Shown here in pieces: positions 12,969 through 28,100 of a stretch of 64,000 bases of DNA. The DNA comes from Takakia lepidozioides (lineage: Eukaryota; Plantae; Bryophyta), in the NCBI GenBank assembly GCA_030704615.1, contig CM060731.1, positions 11,594,001 to 11,658,000 on the forward strand, given 5' to 3'. A program made the translations under genes and the position numbers. Under the pieces are notes generated by a model that was not told the origin of the DNA, searched no databases, and saw nothing but the letters and a program-made list of their open reading frames with translations. The stretch's first letter is position 1. The number at the start of each line of letters is the position of its first letter.

Positions 12969-14100
12969 CTATGAGGATATTGCTTTCTCAGCAGCACTCA
13001 GTTCAGTCAAGATGTACTTAAGACACTGCATCCATTGGCCAAGTGCCAACTTGAACGTAAACCAGTGTTTCGTGAAAGGTACTCCTCTCTCTGCCCTTTT
13101 AGAAGAAGTTCGAGTATGCCCAGTTTGTAGCCATTCATAATATCCTTGGATGAAGGACATGACGTAAAACCCGCATTCCGAGCTGAATGGCTGTTGGGGC
13201 ACTTCAGGCTGGTTGAACTGAAATGCCTTAACCTCCTCCCAACCCGGTGAATCAACACTGTAGCCTAAGCACTCCGCATGCAGCTTCCGTATCCATGACA
13301 AAACATATGGGCAACCATGCAAAAACTCGATGGAGTTCATGTGAGTGAAGCAGCCTTTCCGCACGTCGATGACAACAACACTCCAGTGCACCCTTCAAGA
13401 CGAATCTCATGAGTCTCACGGCAGCAGTCCACTCAGCAGACCACTCCAATTGCCTCTCCAGCAGACTCTACAGACTCGCACACTGCATGGGTCCCACTAC
13501 ACTCAGCCGACTCGGCATAGTCACGACTCAGCAGACTCAGAAGACTCATCACTCAGCAGACTCGGCATAATGAGCAGATTCACCAGACTCGGCAGATTGA
13601 GCAAACTCAGGGCTGAGTGGGCAGACCGAGCAGACTGTCGTCATTCAAAAGACTGGGCAGATTTGCCACACTAAGCAGACTGAACGGACTCAACTAGCGA
13701 GAGGCAGGTGTGAACGTAGTGACGTCATTCAAAAGACTGGCCCGACAGAACAGACTGAGTAGGCAAGATCTTACTCCTCCACAATCGGAACGATTATATG
13801 ATGGCAGTCTTTTATGTCTTTGCTAAGCCGAGGTATGCTCTAGCAAGAATGCAGATACTCCACTAGCCTTTCCCGTGGCCCGTCCCAATGTGTCATCATA
13901 CGAGACCACGTTGAGGCTGGCAGAAGATAGTACTTGAGTACTTGTCTTCAACCGTCTTCTCAAAGAAACGACACCACAGCTCCAACATTCTATCTGTACA
14001 CTCCGACTCCACCGTCAAGTGGCTTCAAGTCCGGAGGCCCGATGGAGCACTCATACCGGGGGTCGCCTTCATAAAAGTGAACCATGCAATTGCCGGCCGC
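12969..14100 (-). pseudogene. Ulp1/SENP-like (peptidase C48) cysteine protease exons carried by the MULE
   Basis: HHIIVPIVE / EVHWSVVVID (intron 13774-13393) ... VPQQPFSSECGFYVMSFI gives the H-D-Q-C catalytic set of C48 proteases; the upstream exon has stops or a frameshift. Confidence 0.8.
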
Positions 14101-14329
14101 GACATTCCGTCGCACGGCCGCGGCAAAACGAGAACCCAACCTGCACACAGACCACGGCCTTGTGTGAAAACCCATGTACGCAACGGTCTAAGCACACTGA
14201 CTCCATTCAACAGACTGCCCATACCGAGTGGACTGAGCGGACTTGCCAGACTCACCAGACCGAGCGGACTGAGTAGACTCACACTTCTGAGCAGACTGGA
14301 GTGACCAGACTCAGCAGACTGGGAGGACT

Positions 14330-17300
14330 ACTCATTGGTGCATTTCTCGCTGAAGAACCACTTCCTTGCCCGTATCCAATGTCATTTTGCGGTCCTTGTT
14401 CATGAAAACAACGGACTTGCCTTTCTTCGCATGTTTCTTGGCAACAGGACCCTCCCGAATTTCCTGAGTCTGCTCCACGACAGTCCGCTTCTTCGCTCTA
14501 TTTGTGCCCAGGGATTCGGCGACTACTGTGGCCGGGTTCAATTCAGCAGACTGACGAAGTGATGCGGTCCTGCTTCGCAACACGACTGTGTCTGCAGGCT
14601 TGTTCACACTTGCAGGACCTGTGTTGGCAGCCTCACGGGTCGCATGCGTTGAACTAATCCGTGCATCTGTTGGCGTTGTAAGTAAGCCACCTTTTCTGGT
14701 TGTGGAGCCAACGTGAGCAACATTGGCGGGTTGTGGAATTGCCTGGGAGGGAAACGGTGTCCTCAAGTCCTGTAGGTACAACAGATCCTGTCAATACACA
14801 GAAATTGAACATAAATCTGAAATCACAGAGGTGGAAGACGGCAGGGCACAACCTGTATGGCATCATTGGAAGGAAGCGACTGGGCAGACTGCTCCCCTGC
14901 TTGAACGTCAGTCTGTCTGTGCTGCTCAGAGCGGTTAGCCTGGTGCTCAGTCTGCTCACCGCTATGGTCAGTCTGCTATCGAGTCTGGTGTACACTCTCG
15001 TGTGCGGGGGGAACGGCATGTTGGCCCTTAGTCTGTCCATGTTCGGCATCGGTTTGTTGCTTAGTGTCCTCAGTCTGGCCAGTCTGGTTCTCAGTCTACT
15101 CGCCGCTCTAGTCAATCTGCTGTCAAGTCTGGTGGACACTCTCGTGGGCGGGGTGAACGGCACGTTGGCCCTCATTTAGAGGACCATGTTCAATGTCAAT
15201 CTGCTGCTCACTGTCCTCAGTCTGGTCAGTCTGTTGTTCAGCCTGGTGGTCACTCTCGTGGTCGGTCTGCTCTTGTAGGGAAGAGATCAATCTATCAACT
15301 TGCAAAGTCAACTGTGTCTTCAGGGTCTGATGCAGAAAAAGCTTGACTACCGCCGACATCTAAATTATCCGCGGCAACTACATCGTCTAGTTCTTCAGTA
15401 AGGTCAATGATACGGGGTTGAGTTCCCATATTGCGATCAATCACGTAAGAATCATCTATAGCTTTCGCAAGCGAACGAACCAAAACCGGGCTGAGCTGAA
15501 TGGAAATAGTTGGCAGGCCATGGGTCACTGGAGAATAATGGTTTACCGGTGCCCGGCTTATATCCTCAAACGATGCGCCAATATGTGAAGATGGCCCGGG
15601 GGAAAAGAAGACTCCGTCAATGCACTGATAGAACTCCGCACAAATTCAGAGACAGGGTCCTGTTGAGGCCAGTGCAGCCGACTCTGTTCAATGAGCTGGA
15701 CATGAAGTGTAGTTGGGTCCTCCGAGTCAGTGTGGTCGTGAATCTGCTGGACAGTCTGCAGGGCACTGTCATTGTGGTGATTGCTTTCAGTCTGCTCAAT
15801 GGTATGCTGCACAGTCTACTGGTGCATAGCCAGGTCATCCGTCTGCAGCCCGGTCTGCTCATTGGTATGCTGGACGGTCTGCTTGACAGCGACGTCATCG
15901 GTATGCTGCATGGTCTGGTGCAGAGGCAGTCCTTCAGTCTGCTCACCGGTCTGCTCATGAGTCTCCTCGTCCTCGGTGTGGCCTGTAGTGCACCCACTCT
16001 CTTGAACAGTGGCTGGGATAGTGTTGACAGTCTGTCCATGCTCTTTTTGTTGCAGTGGGTCAGTCTGCTAAGCAATGGCGTCGTCAACAGTCTGCTGAAC
16101 GGTGTCATGGAGTCCATGTAACGCCAGCACAACATCTCGTGCACCTCTGGCAAAGGAATCGAAAGCACACTGCACGTGCTCGTCTAAATCGGACATTCCT
16201 GAAACAGATGAGTTGGACAAAGTGAGTCTGACAGGATGGTGGAAGAAAAGACCATGAACTTCACAACGGTCCAAAAGAATTCGGCATTACCTTCTAGGAA
16301 GTTGCCAATGAGACCAATATCTTGGATTTGGCGTCCCAAGCATGCTCCATCGAGATGGCGAATCGTTGGCATGCGGTTTTCAAATGGGGAGCCGCACCAA
16401 AAGACTTTGAACACATCCGGTTTGTTCAACACAATATCGAATACTGCTCGCTCCATTACCGCAGCAAACCATTGCAACGCCTCATCCACAACACTCTTCT
16501 TACCCGCATCCGAATCTGAATGAAACAAATACTTCCTCAAACTTTGCAGGTCCTTTACCAATTTACTGTATGAACGGAAATTGCCGAACTACATCCATCG
16601 ATGGTGAAGTAAAGAATTAGCAATGCGATCAAAGTACTCTTCAGTAATTCCAAGCAAGTGCTTTCCCCGCACCCCAAAGGTGGGATGTGCCATGGGCATA
16701 TGTCTGAGTTCCTGAGGCCGTGGGTCATCCATGAGGATTAATTGGACAAGCAGTGGCGGGGCATTTTGGACCTTCGTGGCTGCCAGGGCCACAGAATGTG
16801 CGCTTTCGAGGACTTCATTCGCTTCTGCCATAGTAAATTCCATGGAATAATGAAAGGGAACAAAAGGCCACCGGCCGTCCGTGACAATGCGATGGAGCTC
16901 ATTATACCAATCCACATTGGCATTGACTTCCCCCACCCTCAGACGGGCAAGTGTCAGGTCCACAGCTTCGGGATCAATGAGCGGCAATGGCGAGCGCCAA
17001 ACTCCAAAAAGTCCCGTGGTGGTCGTGACAATGAGAGTCTGCTAGCTGGGAGTCCGCTCAATGGGAGTCTGCTGGCTGGGAGTCCGCTCGATAGCAGTGT
17101 GGTGGATGGGCGTCTTCTGGGTGGCAATCTGCTGGTTGGGAGTCTCCTGAATAGCAGTCTGCGGGCTGGGAGTCTGCAAAGCAGTCTGCTGGATGGGAGT
17201 ATGCTGGACGAGAGTCTGGGAGTGTGCTGGACAAGACTGCGCTGACTGTGAGTCTGGTGGGAAAGAGTCTGCTGGGCAAGAGTCTGCTGGATGCCAGATT

Positions 17301-18740
17301 GGGTGAGGTCTGTGTCCACCGAGTCTGCAGACCGGGGAGTTGGCGCGTGCTTTGTCTGCAAAGTCCAGTGCTGCTATGGCGTCTGCTGAGCCAGGGTACT
17401 TAAACAAGATGTACTCCCGCACCCGCTCCACTTCTCGGCGCACTGCATTCACTGCTAAAGGAGGGTCGGAGCGCACCGTCTGCCAAACACACAAAGACTC
17501 CCGAATACTGGCTCGTTCATCTTGGTATATGACAGAAAACCCAAAAACTCAGCATCAGACTCACTAGCAGCAGACTCACCAGCATCGTGGCACAGAAGAA
17601 AGGAACCAGCGGACTTCAGGGACTAACGAGCAAGTCCACAAGCAGGGGACTGACCAGCAAGTCCGCAAGTAGACTGACGTAGCAGACCGAGCAGGTAGAC
17701 TGAACCAGCAGACTCTATGACAACAGACACCAACTGTGGGGACAGACTGGGCATTACCTCGTCGTCGTCGTGGACACAGACGTCCTCCTCATCTTCAAGG
17801 GAGCTCAACCAATTTTCCTCCGCTGCTCGGATGGTTCTGCTGAGCTGTTCGGACTGGGCAAAACTGTAGAAAAAACGGAAGACGTCTTTCTCGTCCACTG
17901 GTGGGCACACCAATGGGAGAAGCCCAAATGGTATGAGGCGCAATATGCCAGGACAGACTCCACTGGTAGTCTCTTTTGACTGGACTTCGTCCACGTGAAC
18001 CCTCGACTAGTCAGGCAAGACAATGTCGACGGGAGATGAGACACCTCCCAGACCTGCGAATTCATCATTCCGAATGATGTCTGCAGACAACTCAGCAGAC
18101 TGGCTCTCACTCGAAGTACTGATGGTCTGCATCTGCTGCGTAGACCGCCTCCCTGGCACAGCCCGTGACACTTCCCGACTGCCTTGGGGACGAGTCTGCT
18201 GTTGAGATTTCGCCCTCGCCTCCCGAGCAGACCTTGCAACCTTTGCTCTTTCCTTCTTCTGGGCCCCATCACTAAGTTTTTCTTTCTAGGAGCCACAGGC
18301 GATGGCGATGTCAGGTCATGCACATCTTGCATTGCAACATCCGAACCCACCCCATACCGTGCGCGCACCTCTGCCAAAGTGCGGGCCTTTGGGTTTGCGC
18401 CACAGAGTCTGGCGGTGGCCGCATTCACCACCCTCATTGAACTTTGAACTGGCCACGGCTTGAAGCCAGGTGGGATATAGCGCTTATTTTTGCAACCCGT
18501 ATCAACACAATGGCGGTTTAGCTGCACTTTGTCCTTGATAATTTCACTACATAAGGGACAGTGGAGCTTATCCTTCTGCCAGTTGGAGTCTGCAGGCTTG
18601 ATTGCGCGGAGGTCTAAGAATGCTTCGACTATTTTTGCATCATACTCCTCACGTGAGTTTCAGTACCTTCGCTCCTTTAGCCTGGACTTGTGCATGAAAT
18701 GCAACCAGTCTGCTCCACCCTTTGCACAAGCATCCTCCAT
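14330..18740 (-). pseudogene. Multi-exon decayed element gene(s) with an N-terminal C2H2-like finger, probably the 5' part of the Ulp1 gene
   Basis: HCPLCSEIIKDKVQLNRHC near 18560-18510 and coding-like blocks at 17990-17740, 17500-17340, 16987-16184, 15528-15295 and 14781-14332, separated by CAGACT-rich intron-like DNA. Confidence 0.45.
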
Positions 18741-19339
18741 GGCTGCAGAATCAGACAAACAGATGCAGCGGCAATGAGCGACAGACAGACTAAGAATAAG
18801 AAAGCAGAGAAGAGCGGAAAAGAGAATGGAAAGAAACCAAAGCACAAAGCACAAAGAGGAAGCTCACTGGGCAACAGGCGACGGTTGTTGTGACGGTTCG
18901 GTGCTCACGCGACTGTCCGCGCCTCGAAAACCTAACACGCACAAAGGAAAGCGGGCTCGCACCAATGGGAGGTGGACGGGCCCTAAACGAAACAGTGCGA
19001 AAGAAGTCCAGCGGGAAGTGGACCCTGCATGTGCGGAGTGACGTGGCAAGATTTCACTGGCGCCCCTTTTTGGCTGCCATCGCATTAAATAGTTGCAGAC
19101 CCCTCACACGTGTTGGCGGTATGCCACTGCACGGACAGTCCAGCAGATAGGATGAGTGGGACTATCGTCAGTCTGCCGTCGTCGCATTCATCAAGTCCAA
19201 CAGACTTACTCCTGATGACAAAGACGGCCGAGCAGACCCAGTACCCTCCACAACAGACTCATATGCCACCGCAAGGACCAACGACGTAATGGCGTGAGCG
19301 CCCGAGCGTACGCTCACGCAGGAGTGACGTGGTGCTTCC

Positions 19340-20877
19340 AACATGAGCTTGGAGCATTCTTGCGGACTCCACTTTGCCAAAGTGTTCAGCGGTTGGAGGG
19401 AAACGCCGAACGAGCTTTCCATCTCGTTTGGTTGGCCACAAGTCAGGATTTGCCGGGGGGACCCGGGAGGACGCAGAAGTAGTAGCACATGCATGGAGTT
19501 GGGGTTGTCTCGCAAGGGAAAAACCTGCCTCCTCCAGCATTTCAATCTCCTGAAAGCAAAGATGTGTTCCCACCTTCACGGGCCAAACGGTTGGAGGAGA
19601 TGGCTTCATCACTACGGAAGGACGCACAGTTCCATGCACACATCTGGCACAATCATCTGCGCAGAACCAGAACTTGTGGTTCTTGGCTTCTGGTTGACCG
19701 TATGGACGCATCAAGCCCGTGAAAGTCGGAGCAGGAGTTCGGGCACCACCTCTGGATATAGATGAAGTGCACTTCTCGAAATTAGTTGCCCTGATCGCTG
19801 TACATTTCATACGAGACCCTACACTTGTGCGTTCTATGTGCCAAACGTGGTCGGGGCATGCGGACTCAAGCACATCAAGGGGGTTGTTTCTCTCCTGCAC
19901 CATTTCAGTGGCACTGTTTGAAGCTGGAGCTTGCCGTCGTGTTGGAGGTTCCTCCACAATGGAGATTCCGGACATGGAGCTATCATGCAGGGGAACACGA
20001 GGCTTCGAGAAGTTATCACGGTCTGCCCTATGGGAATCTGAATCCGAACCAGGTGGAGTGTTCAATTTCCTCTTACAGGAGCCGAATCTCTCCTCCCCTT
20101 CAAGATGTGGAACTCTAGAAACAAGTGGCGTTCCCTGGGCATACATGCTCACCGCCTGTGCTATCTTGATTGATCCCCAGATCTGTTTGCAGCACGCAAC
20201 ATCAACTCCCATTTGTCTGGACCCTTGCCACCAACCCCACCTCGTAAAAAATCACGGTATCGGGTTTGTTGTTGCAAGGCACGTATCAAATCATCTGTTG
20301 TTGCCACATACAAATCCCGACCTCGTTTCCCAGACTGCTGCAACCATGCGTTGTGCACAGTTTCTGCCAAATTGCAAGATGGCATGTCCGCCATTTCCTC
20401 AATGGACATGTTCTGCAAAGTGCAGAACCGCACTTCAAAACAGTGAACAGAAAACAACATAAAGAAAGCGAGGACACAATAAAATGGAAAGCAAATGTAT
20501 GAAAAAACAATAAATATAAGCCTCGTACCAATGGCATGGTTGCTCCCCACTGTCTATACCGGAAGTGCCAAAACGCCAGCCAATCTTCCAATGCTCTCAT
20601 ACTCTCAAGTGATGCAGCTCCAGAAGAGAACCACCAGGCACGAATTGTCTGGAACAAAGTGTCCGCCTCCTTCATTGTTCTAGCATCTTTGTACTCTTTG
20701 CACAATTTATAGTGCTGAGTCTGCATCTCTGGTTTGATGTCCGACTTTGTATGTTTTTCCAGAGATTGTGTCCAATGGAATAGACATGTACGCTCTCTTC
20801 CTCGCATTGGAACTTTTGGGTCGCCCGATCCGAAGACAATACGAACAGCATTGAAATTTGCTTGAGCACTATCCGCC
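19340..20877 (-). pseudogene. C-terminal half of a second MULE-type DDE transposase (transposase 2)
   Basis: ADSAQANFNAVR...RERTCLFHW (Mutator CxxH motif)...NLAETVH (candidate third catalytic E); Cys-rich C-terminus; small intron near 20527-20415. Confidence 0.75.
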
Positions 20878-21070
20878 CCTGGGGGGTGCACTCCAGCCAA
20901 TATGTACCAGCCACGTGCATGCACAGGAGGGGGTATTTTAAACCCTGTCTAGTCCGCGATGCACGGCGGGATCAAATCGTGGTATCCTTTTTTTTGCTCT
21001 CTCTTTTCCCTCCTCTCCTCTCCTCTCCCCTCCTCTCCCGCGTTCGTGGGTGGGTGGTCGACCGCAGGGC

Positions 21071-22010
21071 ATGGTATTCTTCTTGATGTTTACAAGGTTC
21101 TTGGGAGGGTCAGCTTGGTCTTAGCAAGCCGTGTTTCAATCTCTGCTTGCTCAGCTGCACTGTGGTGGTTCTCAAAGACCAATCCGACATTACCTGACTA
21201 CAGCCATCAGCAGCACACAGAAGAGATCATTTTGGGGTTGATGGGAGGTCAAATCCTCCATGGGTCACAACACAAGGTCAAGGACAATGTGGTGAGGGCA
21301 CTTCTTCTTCGACCTATTTCAGCCTGTTTTTCCCTCTCATCACACTTGGCGCCCCTGAATTTGCAGCACGGAGCAGAGCTGACAAATTTTTTTTAAAGAT
21401 CCTTCACGATGGTGGGACAACTGCAGTCGCAAGGTGTGGCGTTTTCTTAAGGTACAATGTGAAGAAGTTTGTCCATCCTGGAAATGCGGGCTCTTGCCTC
21501 CTGTTAGTACCATGATTTGGTATTCTTCCAGCCCAGGCCAGTCACATTCGTTTGTTTTTGCAATGCGTGTGCGATCCTGGCAGCCCTGGAAAATGAGGAA
21601 GAGGTCCATGGTGGCATCATCAAAGCTGGGATTGTATCAGATGTCAATCTGACCAGTGCCGTGGTGGACATGTATGCCAAATGCGGGTGCATGAAGGATG
21701 CATTAAAGGGGGTGTTGGGCAGTATGGCTGAACGGAATGTGGTGTCATAGAGCGTGATGGTGGCATGCTATAAGCGCTACAAGGGCAAAGGAGGGAGGCT
21801 TTGGAGACCTCTGAGCACATGTACAAGCTTGGCAGCCCTGGAGATTGGAGAAGAGGTCCACGGTGGCATCGTCAAAGCTGTAGTGATTGTATCAGATGTC
21901 ATTATGAAAGCTGCCCTGGCGGACATGTATGTCAAATGTGGGTATGTGTAAGATGCAAAGGGAGTGATGGGCAGCTAAGGGGTTGTGTATGCAATGTGGT
22001 GTCATGGAGC
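21071..22010 (+). pseudogene. Captured, decayed genomic fragments of a PDF-motif/PLS-PPR gene
   Basis: 21071-21345 aligns by eye to 57258-57515 and 21360-21525 to 57097-57265, introns included. 21540-22010 encodes broken L1/S1/P1 motifs (VTFVCFCNACAILAALENEEEVHGGIIKAG...VDMYAKCGCMKDA). Confidence 0.85.
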
Positions 22011-22150
22011 ATAGTGATGGAGCAAAGGTCGGGTTCCCCCCCTGAGTTTGAATTAAGTCTAGTGCAGAGAGGGTGATTTAGGGGCTGAGCTTTGGCTCAG
22101 CCTCAAGATTCAGAAAGTTAGTGCATAGAGTCCATTCAAATGCAGTACTG

Positions 22151-25100
22151 TTGGGCAGACATGGAAAAGGGGGAAGAGGTGCATGGTGACATTGTCAAAA
22201 GCTGAAATTAAAATACCTTATGTCATTCTGAATAGTGCCCCCTGGTGGATAGGTCTGCCAAATGCGGGTGCATAGAGGATGCAAAGGGAGTGTGGGGAAA
22301 ACCTGGAAAAGGGGGAAGAGGTCCATGGTGACATTGTCAAAAGCTGGAATTGTACCTTATGTCATCTGAACAGTGCCCTGGTGGACAGGTCTGCCGAATG
22401 CGGGTGCGTAGAGGATGCAAATGGAGTGTGGGGCAGACTTAGAAAAGGGGGAAGAGGTCCATGGTGACACTGTCAAAAGCTGGAATTGTACCTATATCAT
22501 TCTGAATAGTGCCATGGTGGACAGGTCTGCCAAATGCGGGTGCGTAGAGGATGCAAAGGGAGTGTTGGGCAGACCTGGAAAAGGGGGAAGAGGTCCACGG
22601 TGACATTGTCAAAAGCTGGAATTGTACCTTATGTCATCTTGAAGAGTGCCCTGGTGGACAGGTCTGCCAAATGCGGGTGCGTAGAAGATGCAAAGGGAGT
22701 GTGGGGCAGACCTGGAAAGGGGGAAACTGAGGTCCATGGTGACATTATCAAAAGCTGGAATTGTACATTATGTCATCTGAACAGTGCCCTGGTGGACAGG
22801 TCTGCCAAATGCGGGTGCGTAGAGGATGCAAAGGGAGTGTGGGGCAGACCTGGAAAGGGGGAAGCTGAGGTCCATGGTGACATTGTCAAAAGCTGGAATT
22901 GTACCTTCTGTCATTCTGAATAGTGCCCTGGTGGACAGGTCTGCCAAATGCGGGTGCGTAGAGGATGCAAAGGGAGTGTTGGGCAGACCTGGAAAAGGGG
23001 GAAGAGGTCCACGGTGACATTGTCAAAAGCTGGAATTGTACCTTATGTCATCTGAACAGTGCCCTGGTGGACAGGTCTGCCAAATGCGGGTGCGTAGAGG
23101 ATGCAAAGGGAGTGTGGGGCAGACCTGGAAAGGGGGAAGCTGAGGTCCATGGTGACATTCTCAAAAGCTGGAATTGTACATTATGTCATCTGAACAGTGC
23201 CCTGGTGGACAGGTCTGCCAAATGCGGGTGCGTAGAGGATGCAAAGGGAGTGTGGGGCAGACCTGGAAAGGGGGAAGCTGAGGTCCATGGTGACATTGTC
23301 AAAAGCTGGAATTGTACCTTATGTCATTCTGAATAGTGCCCTGGTGGACAGGTCTGCCAAATGCGGGTGCGTAGAGGATGCAAAGGGAGTGTTGGGCAGA
23401 CCTGGAAAAGGGGGAAGAGGTCCACGGTGACATTGTCAAAAGCTGGAATTGTACCTTATGTCATCTTGAATAGTGCCCTGGTGGACAGGTCTGCCAAATG
23501 CGGGTGCAAAGAGGATGCAAAGGGAGTGTGGGGCAGACCTGGAAAGGGGGAAGCTGAGGTCCATGGTGACATTATCAAAAGCTGGAATTGTACATTATGT
23601 CATCTGAACAGTGCCCTGGTGGACAGGTCTGCCAAATGCGGGTGCGTAGAGGATGCAAATGGAGTGTGGGGCAGACCTGGAAAGGGGGAAGCTGAGGTCC
23701 ATGGTGACATTCTCAAAAGCTGGAATTGTACATTATGTCATCTGAACAGTGCCCTGGTGGACAGGTCTGCCAAATGCGGGTGCGTAGAGGATGCAAAGGG
23801 AGTGTGGGGCAGACCTGGAAAGGGGGAAGCTGAGGTCCATGGTGACATTCTCAAAAGCTGGAATTGTACATTATGTCATCTGAACAGTGCCCTGGTGGAC
23901 AGGTCTGCCAAATGCGGGTGCGTAGAGGATGCAAAGGGCGTGTGGGGCAGACCTGGAAAGGGGGAAGCTGAGGTCCATGGAGACATTGTCAAAAGCTGGA
24001 ATTGTACCTTATGTCATCTTGAATAGTGCCCTGGTGGACAGGTCTGCCAAATGCGGGTGCGTAGAGGATGCAAAGGGAGTGTGGGGCAGACCTGGAAAGG
24101 GGGAAGCTGAGGTCCATGGTGACATTCTCAAAAGCTGGAATTGTACATTATGTCATCTGAACAGTGCCCTGGTGGACAGGTCTGCCAAATGCGGGTGCGT
24201 AGAGGATGCAAAGGGAGTGTGGGGCAGACCTGGAAAGGGGGAAGCTGAGGTCCATGGTGACATTGTCAAAAGCTGGAATTGTACCTTCTGTCATTCTGAA
24301 TAGTGCCCTGGTGGACAGGTCTGCCAAATGCGGGTGCGTAGAGGATGCAAAGGGAGTGTTGGGCAGACCTGGAAAAGGGGGAAGAGGTCCACGGTGACAT
24401 TGTCAAAAGCTGGAATTGTACCTTATGTCATCTGAACAGTGCCCTGGTGGACAGGTCTGCCAAATGCGGGTGCGTAGAGGATGCAAAGGGAGTGTGGGGC
24501 AGACCTGGAAAGGGGGAAGCTCAGGTCCATCGTGACATTATCAAAAGCTGGAATTGTACATTATGTCATCTGAACAGTGCCCTGGTGGACAGGTCTGCCA
24601 AATGCGGGTGCGTAGAGGATGCAAAGGGAGTGTGGGGCAGACCTGGAAAGGGGGAAGCTGAGGTCCATGGTGACATTGTCAAAAGCTGGAATTTGTACAT
24701 TATGTCATCTGAACAGTGCCCTGGTGGACAGGTCTGCCAAATGCGGGTGCGTAGTAGAGGATGCAAAGGGCGTGTGGGGCAGACCTGGAAAGGGGAAGCT
24801 GAGGTCCATGGTGACATTGTCAAAAGCTGGAATTGTACCTTATGTCATCTTGAATAGTGCCCTGGTGGACAGGTCTGCCAAATGCGGGTGCGTAGAGGAT
24901 GCAAAGGGACTGTTGGGCAGACCTGGAAAAGGGGGAAGAGGTCCACGGTGACATTGTCAAAAGCTGGAATTGTACCTTATGTCATCTTGAATAGTGCCCT
25001 GGTGGACAGGTCTGCCAAATGCGGGTGCGTAGAGGATGCAAATGGAGTGTGGGGCAGACCTGGAAAGGGGGAAGCTGAGGTCCATGGTGACATTATCAAA

Positions 25101-28100
25101 AGCTGGAATTGTACATTATGTCATCTGAACAGTGCCCTGGTGGACAGGTCTGCCAAATGCGGGTGCGTAGAGGATGCAAAAGGGAGTGTGGGGCAGACCT
25201 GGAAAGGGGGAAGCTGAGGTCCATGGTGACATTCTCAAAAGCTGGAATTGTACATTATGTCATCTGAACAGTGCCCTGGTGGACAGGTCTGCCAAATGCG
25301 GGTGCGTAGACGATGCAAAGGGAGTGTGGGGCAGACCTCGAAAGGGGGAAGCTGAGGTCCATGGTGACATTGTCAAAAGCTGGAATTGTACATTATGTCA
25401 TCTGAACAGTGCCCTGGTGGACAGGTCTGCCAAATGCGGGTGCGTAAAGGATGCAAAGGGAGTGTGGGGCAGACCTGGAAAGGGGGAAGCTGAGGTCCAT
25501 GGTGACATTGTCAAAAGCTGGAATTGTACCTTATGTCATTCTGATTAGTGCCCTGGTGGACAGGTCTGCCAAATGCGGGTGCGTAGAGGATGCAAAGGGA
25601 GTGTTGGGCAGACCTGGAAAAGGGGGAAGAGGTCCACGGTGACATTGTCAAAAGCTGGAATTGTACCTTATGTCATCTTGAAGAGTGCCCTGGTGGACAG
25701 GTCTGCCAAATGCGGGTGCGTAGAAGATGCAAAGGGAGTGTGGGGCAGACCTGGAAAGGGGGAAACTGAGGTCCATGGTGACATTATCAAAAGCTGGAAT
25801 TGTACATTATGTCATCTGAACAGTGCCCTGGTGGACAGGTCTGCCAAATGCGGGTGCGTAGAGGATGCAAAGGGAGTGTGGGGCAGACCTGGAAAGGGGG
25901 AAGCTGAGGTCCATGGTGACATTCTCAAAAGCTGGAATTGTACATTATGTCATCTGAACAGTGCCCTGGTGGACAGGTCTGCCAAATGCGGGTGCGTAGA
26001 GGATGCAAAGGGAGTGTGGGGCAGACCTGGAAAGGGGGAAGCTGAGGTCCATGGTGACATTGTCAAAAGCTGGAATTGTACCTTATGTCATTCTGAATAG
26101 TGCCCTGGTGGACAGGTCTGCCAAATGCGGGTGCGTAGAGGATGCAAAGGGAGTGTTGGGCAGACCTGGAAAAGGGGGAAGAGGTCCACGGTGACATTGT
26201 CAAAAGCTGGAATTGTACCTTATGTCATCTTGAATAGTGCCCTGGTGGACAGGTCTGCCAAATGCGGGTGCGTAGAGGATGCAAAGGGAGTGTGGGGCAG
26301 ACCTGGAAAGGGGAAACTGAGGTCCATGGTGACATTATCAAAAGCTGGAATTGTACATTATGTCATCTGAAGAGTGCCCTGGTGGACAGGTCTGCCAAAT
26401 GCGGGTGCCAAGAGGATGCAAAGGGAGTGTGGGGCAGACCTGAAAAGGGGAAGCTGAGGTCCATGGTGACATTCTCAAAAGCTGGAATTGTACATTATGT
26501 CATCTGAACAGTGCCCTGGTGGACAGGTCTGCCAAATGCGGGTGCGTAGAGGATGCAAAGGGAGTGTGGGGCAGACCTGGAAAGGGGGAAACTGAGGTCC
26601 ATGGTGACATTATCAAAAGCTGGAATTGTACATTATGTCATCTGAACAGTGCCCTGGTGGACAGGTCTGCCAAATGCGGGTGCGTAGAGGATGCAAAGGA
26701 GTGTGGGGCAGACCTGGAAAGGGGGAAGCTGAGGTCCATGGTGACATTCTCAAAAGCTGGAATTGTACATTATGTCATCTGAACAGTGCCCTGGTGGACA
26801 GGTCTGCCAAATGCGGGTGCGTAGAGGATGCAAAGGGAGTGTGGGGCAGACCTGGAAAGGGGGAAGCTGAGGTCCATGGTGACATTCTCAAAAGCTGGAA
26901 TTGTACATTATGTCATCTGAACAGTGCCCTGGTGGACAGGTCTGCCAAATGCGGGTGCGTAGAGGATGCAAAGGGAGTGTGGGGCAGACCTGGAAAGGGG
27001 GAAGCTGAGGTCCATGGTGACATTGTCAAAAGCTGGAATTGTACCTTATGTCATTCTGAATAGTGCCCTGGTGGACAGTTCTGCCAAATGCGGGTGCGTA
27101 GAGGATGCAAAGGGAGTGTTGGGCAGACCTGGAAAAGGGGGGAAGAGGTCCACGGTGACATTGCCAAAAGCTGGAATTGTACCTTATGTCATCTTGAATA
27201 GTGCCCTGGTGGACAGGTCTGCCAAATGCGGGTGCAAAGAGGATGCAAAGGGAGTGTGGGGCAGACCTGGAAAGGGGGAAGAAGTGAGGTCCATGGTGAC
27301 ATTATCAAAAGCTGGAATTGTACATTATGTCATCTGAACAGTGCCCTGGTGGACAGGTCTGCCAAATGCGGGTGCAAAAGAGGATGCAAATGGAGTGTGG
27401 GGCAGACCTGGAAAGGGGGAAGCTGAGGTCCATGGTGACATTATCAAAAAGCTGGAATTGTACATTATGTCATCTGAACAGTGCCCTGGTGGACAGGTCT
27501 GCCAAATGCGGGTGCGTAGAGGATGCAAAGGGAGTGTGGGCAGACCTGGAAAGGGGGAAGCTGAGGTCCATGGTGACATTCTCAAAAGCTGGAATTGTAC
27601 ATTATGTCATCTGAACAGTGCCCTGGTGGACAGGTCTGCCAAATGCGGGTGCGTAGAGGATGCAAAGGGAGTGTGGGGCAGACCTGGAAAGGGGGAAGCT
27701 GAGGTCCATGGTGACATTGTCAAAAGCTGGAATTGTACCTTATGTCATTCTGAAGAGTGCCCTGGTGGACAGGTCTGCCAATGCGGGTGCGTATAGGATG
27801 CAAAGGGAGTGTTGGGCAGACCTGGAAAAGGGGGAAGAGGTCCACGGTGACATTGTCAAAAGCTGGAATTGTACCTTATGTCATCTTGAATAGTGCCCTG
27901 GTGGACAGGTCTGCCAAATGCGGGTGCAAAGGGGGATGCAAAGGGAGTGTGGGGCAGACCTGGAAAGGGGGAAGCTGAGGTCCATGGTGACATTATCAAA
28001 AAGCTGGAATTGTACATTATGTCATCTGAACAGTGCCCTGGTGGACAGGTCTGCCAAATGCGGGTGCGTAGAGGATGCAAATGGAGTGTGGGGCAGACCT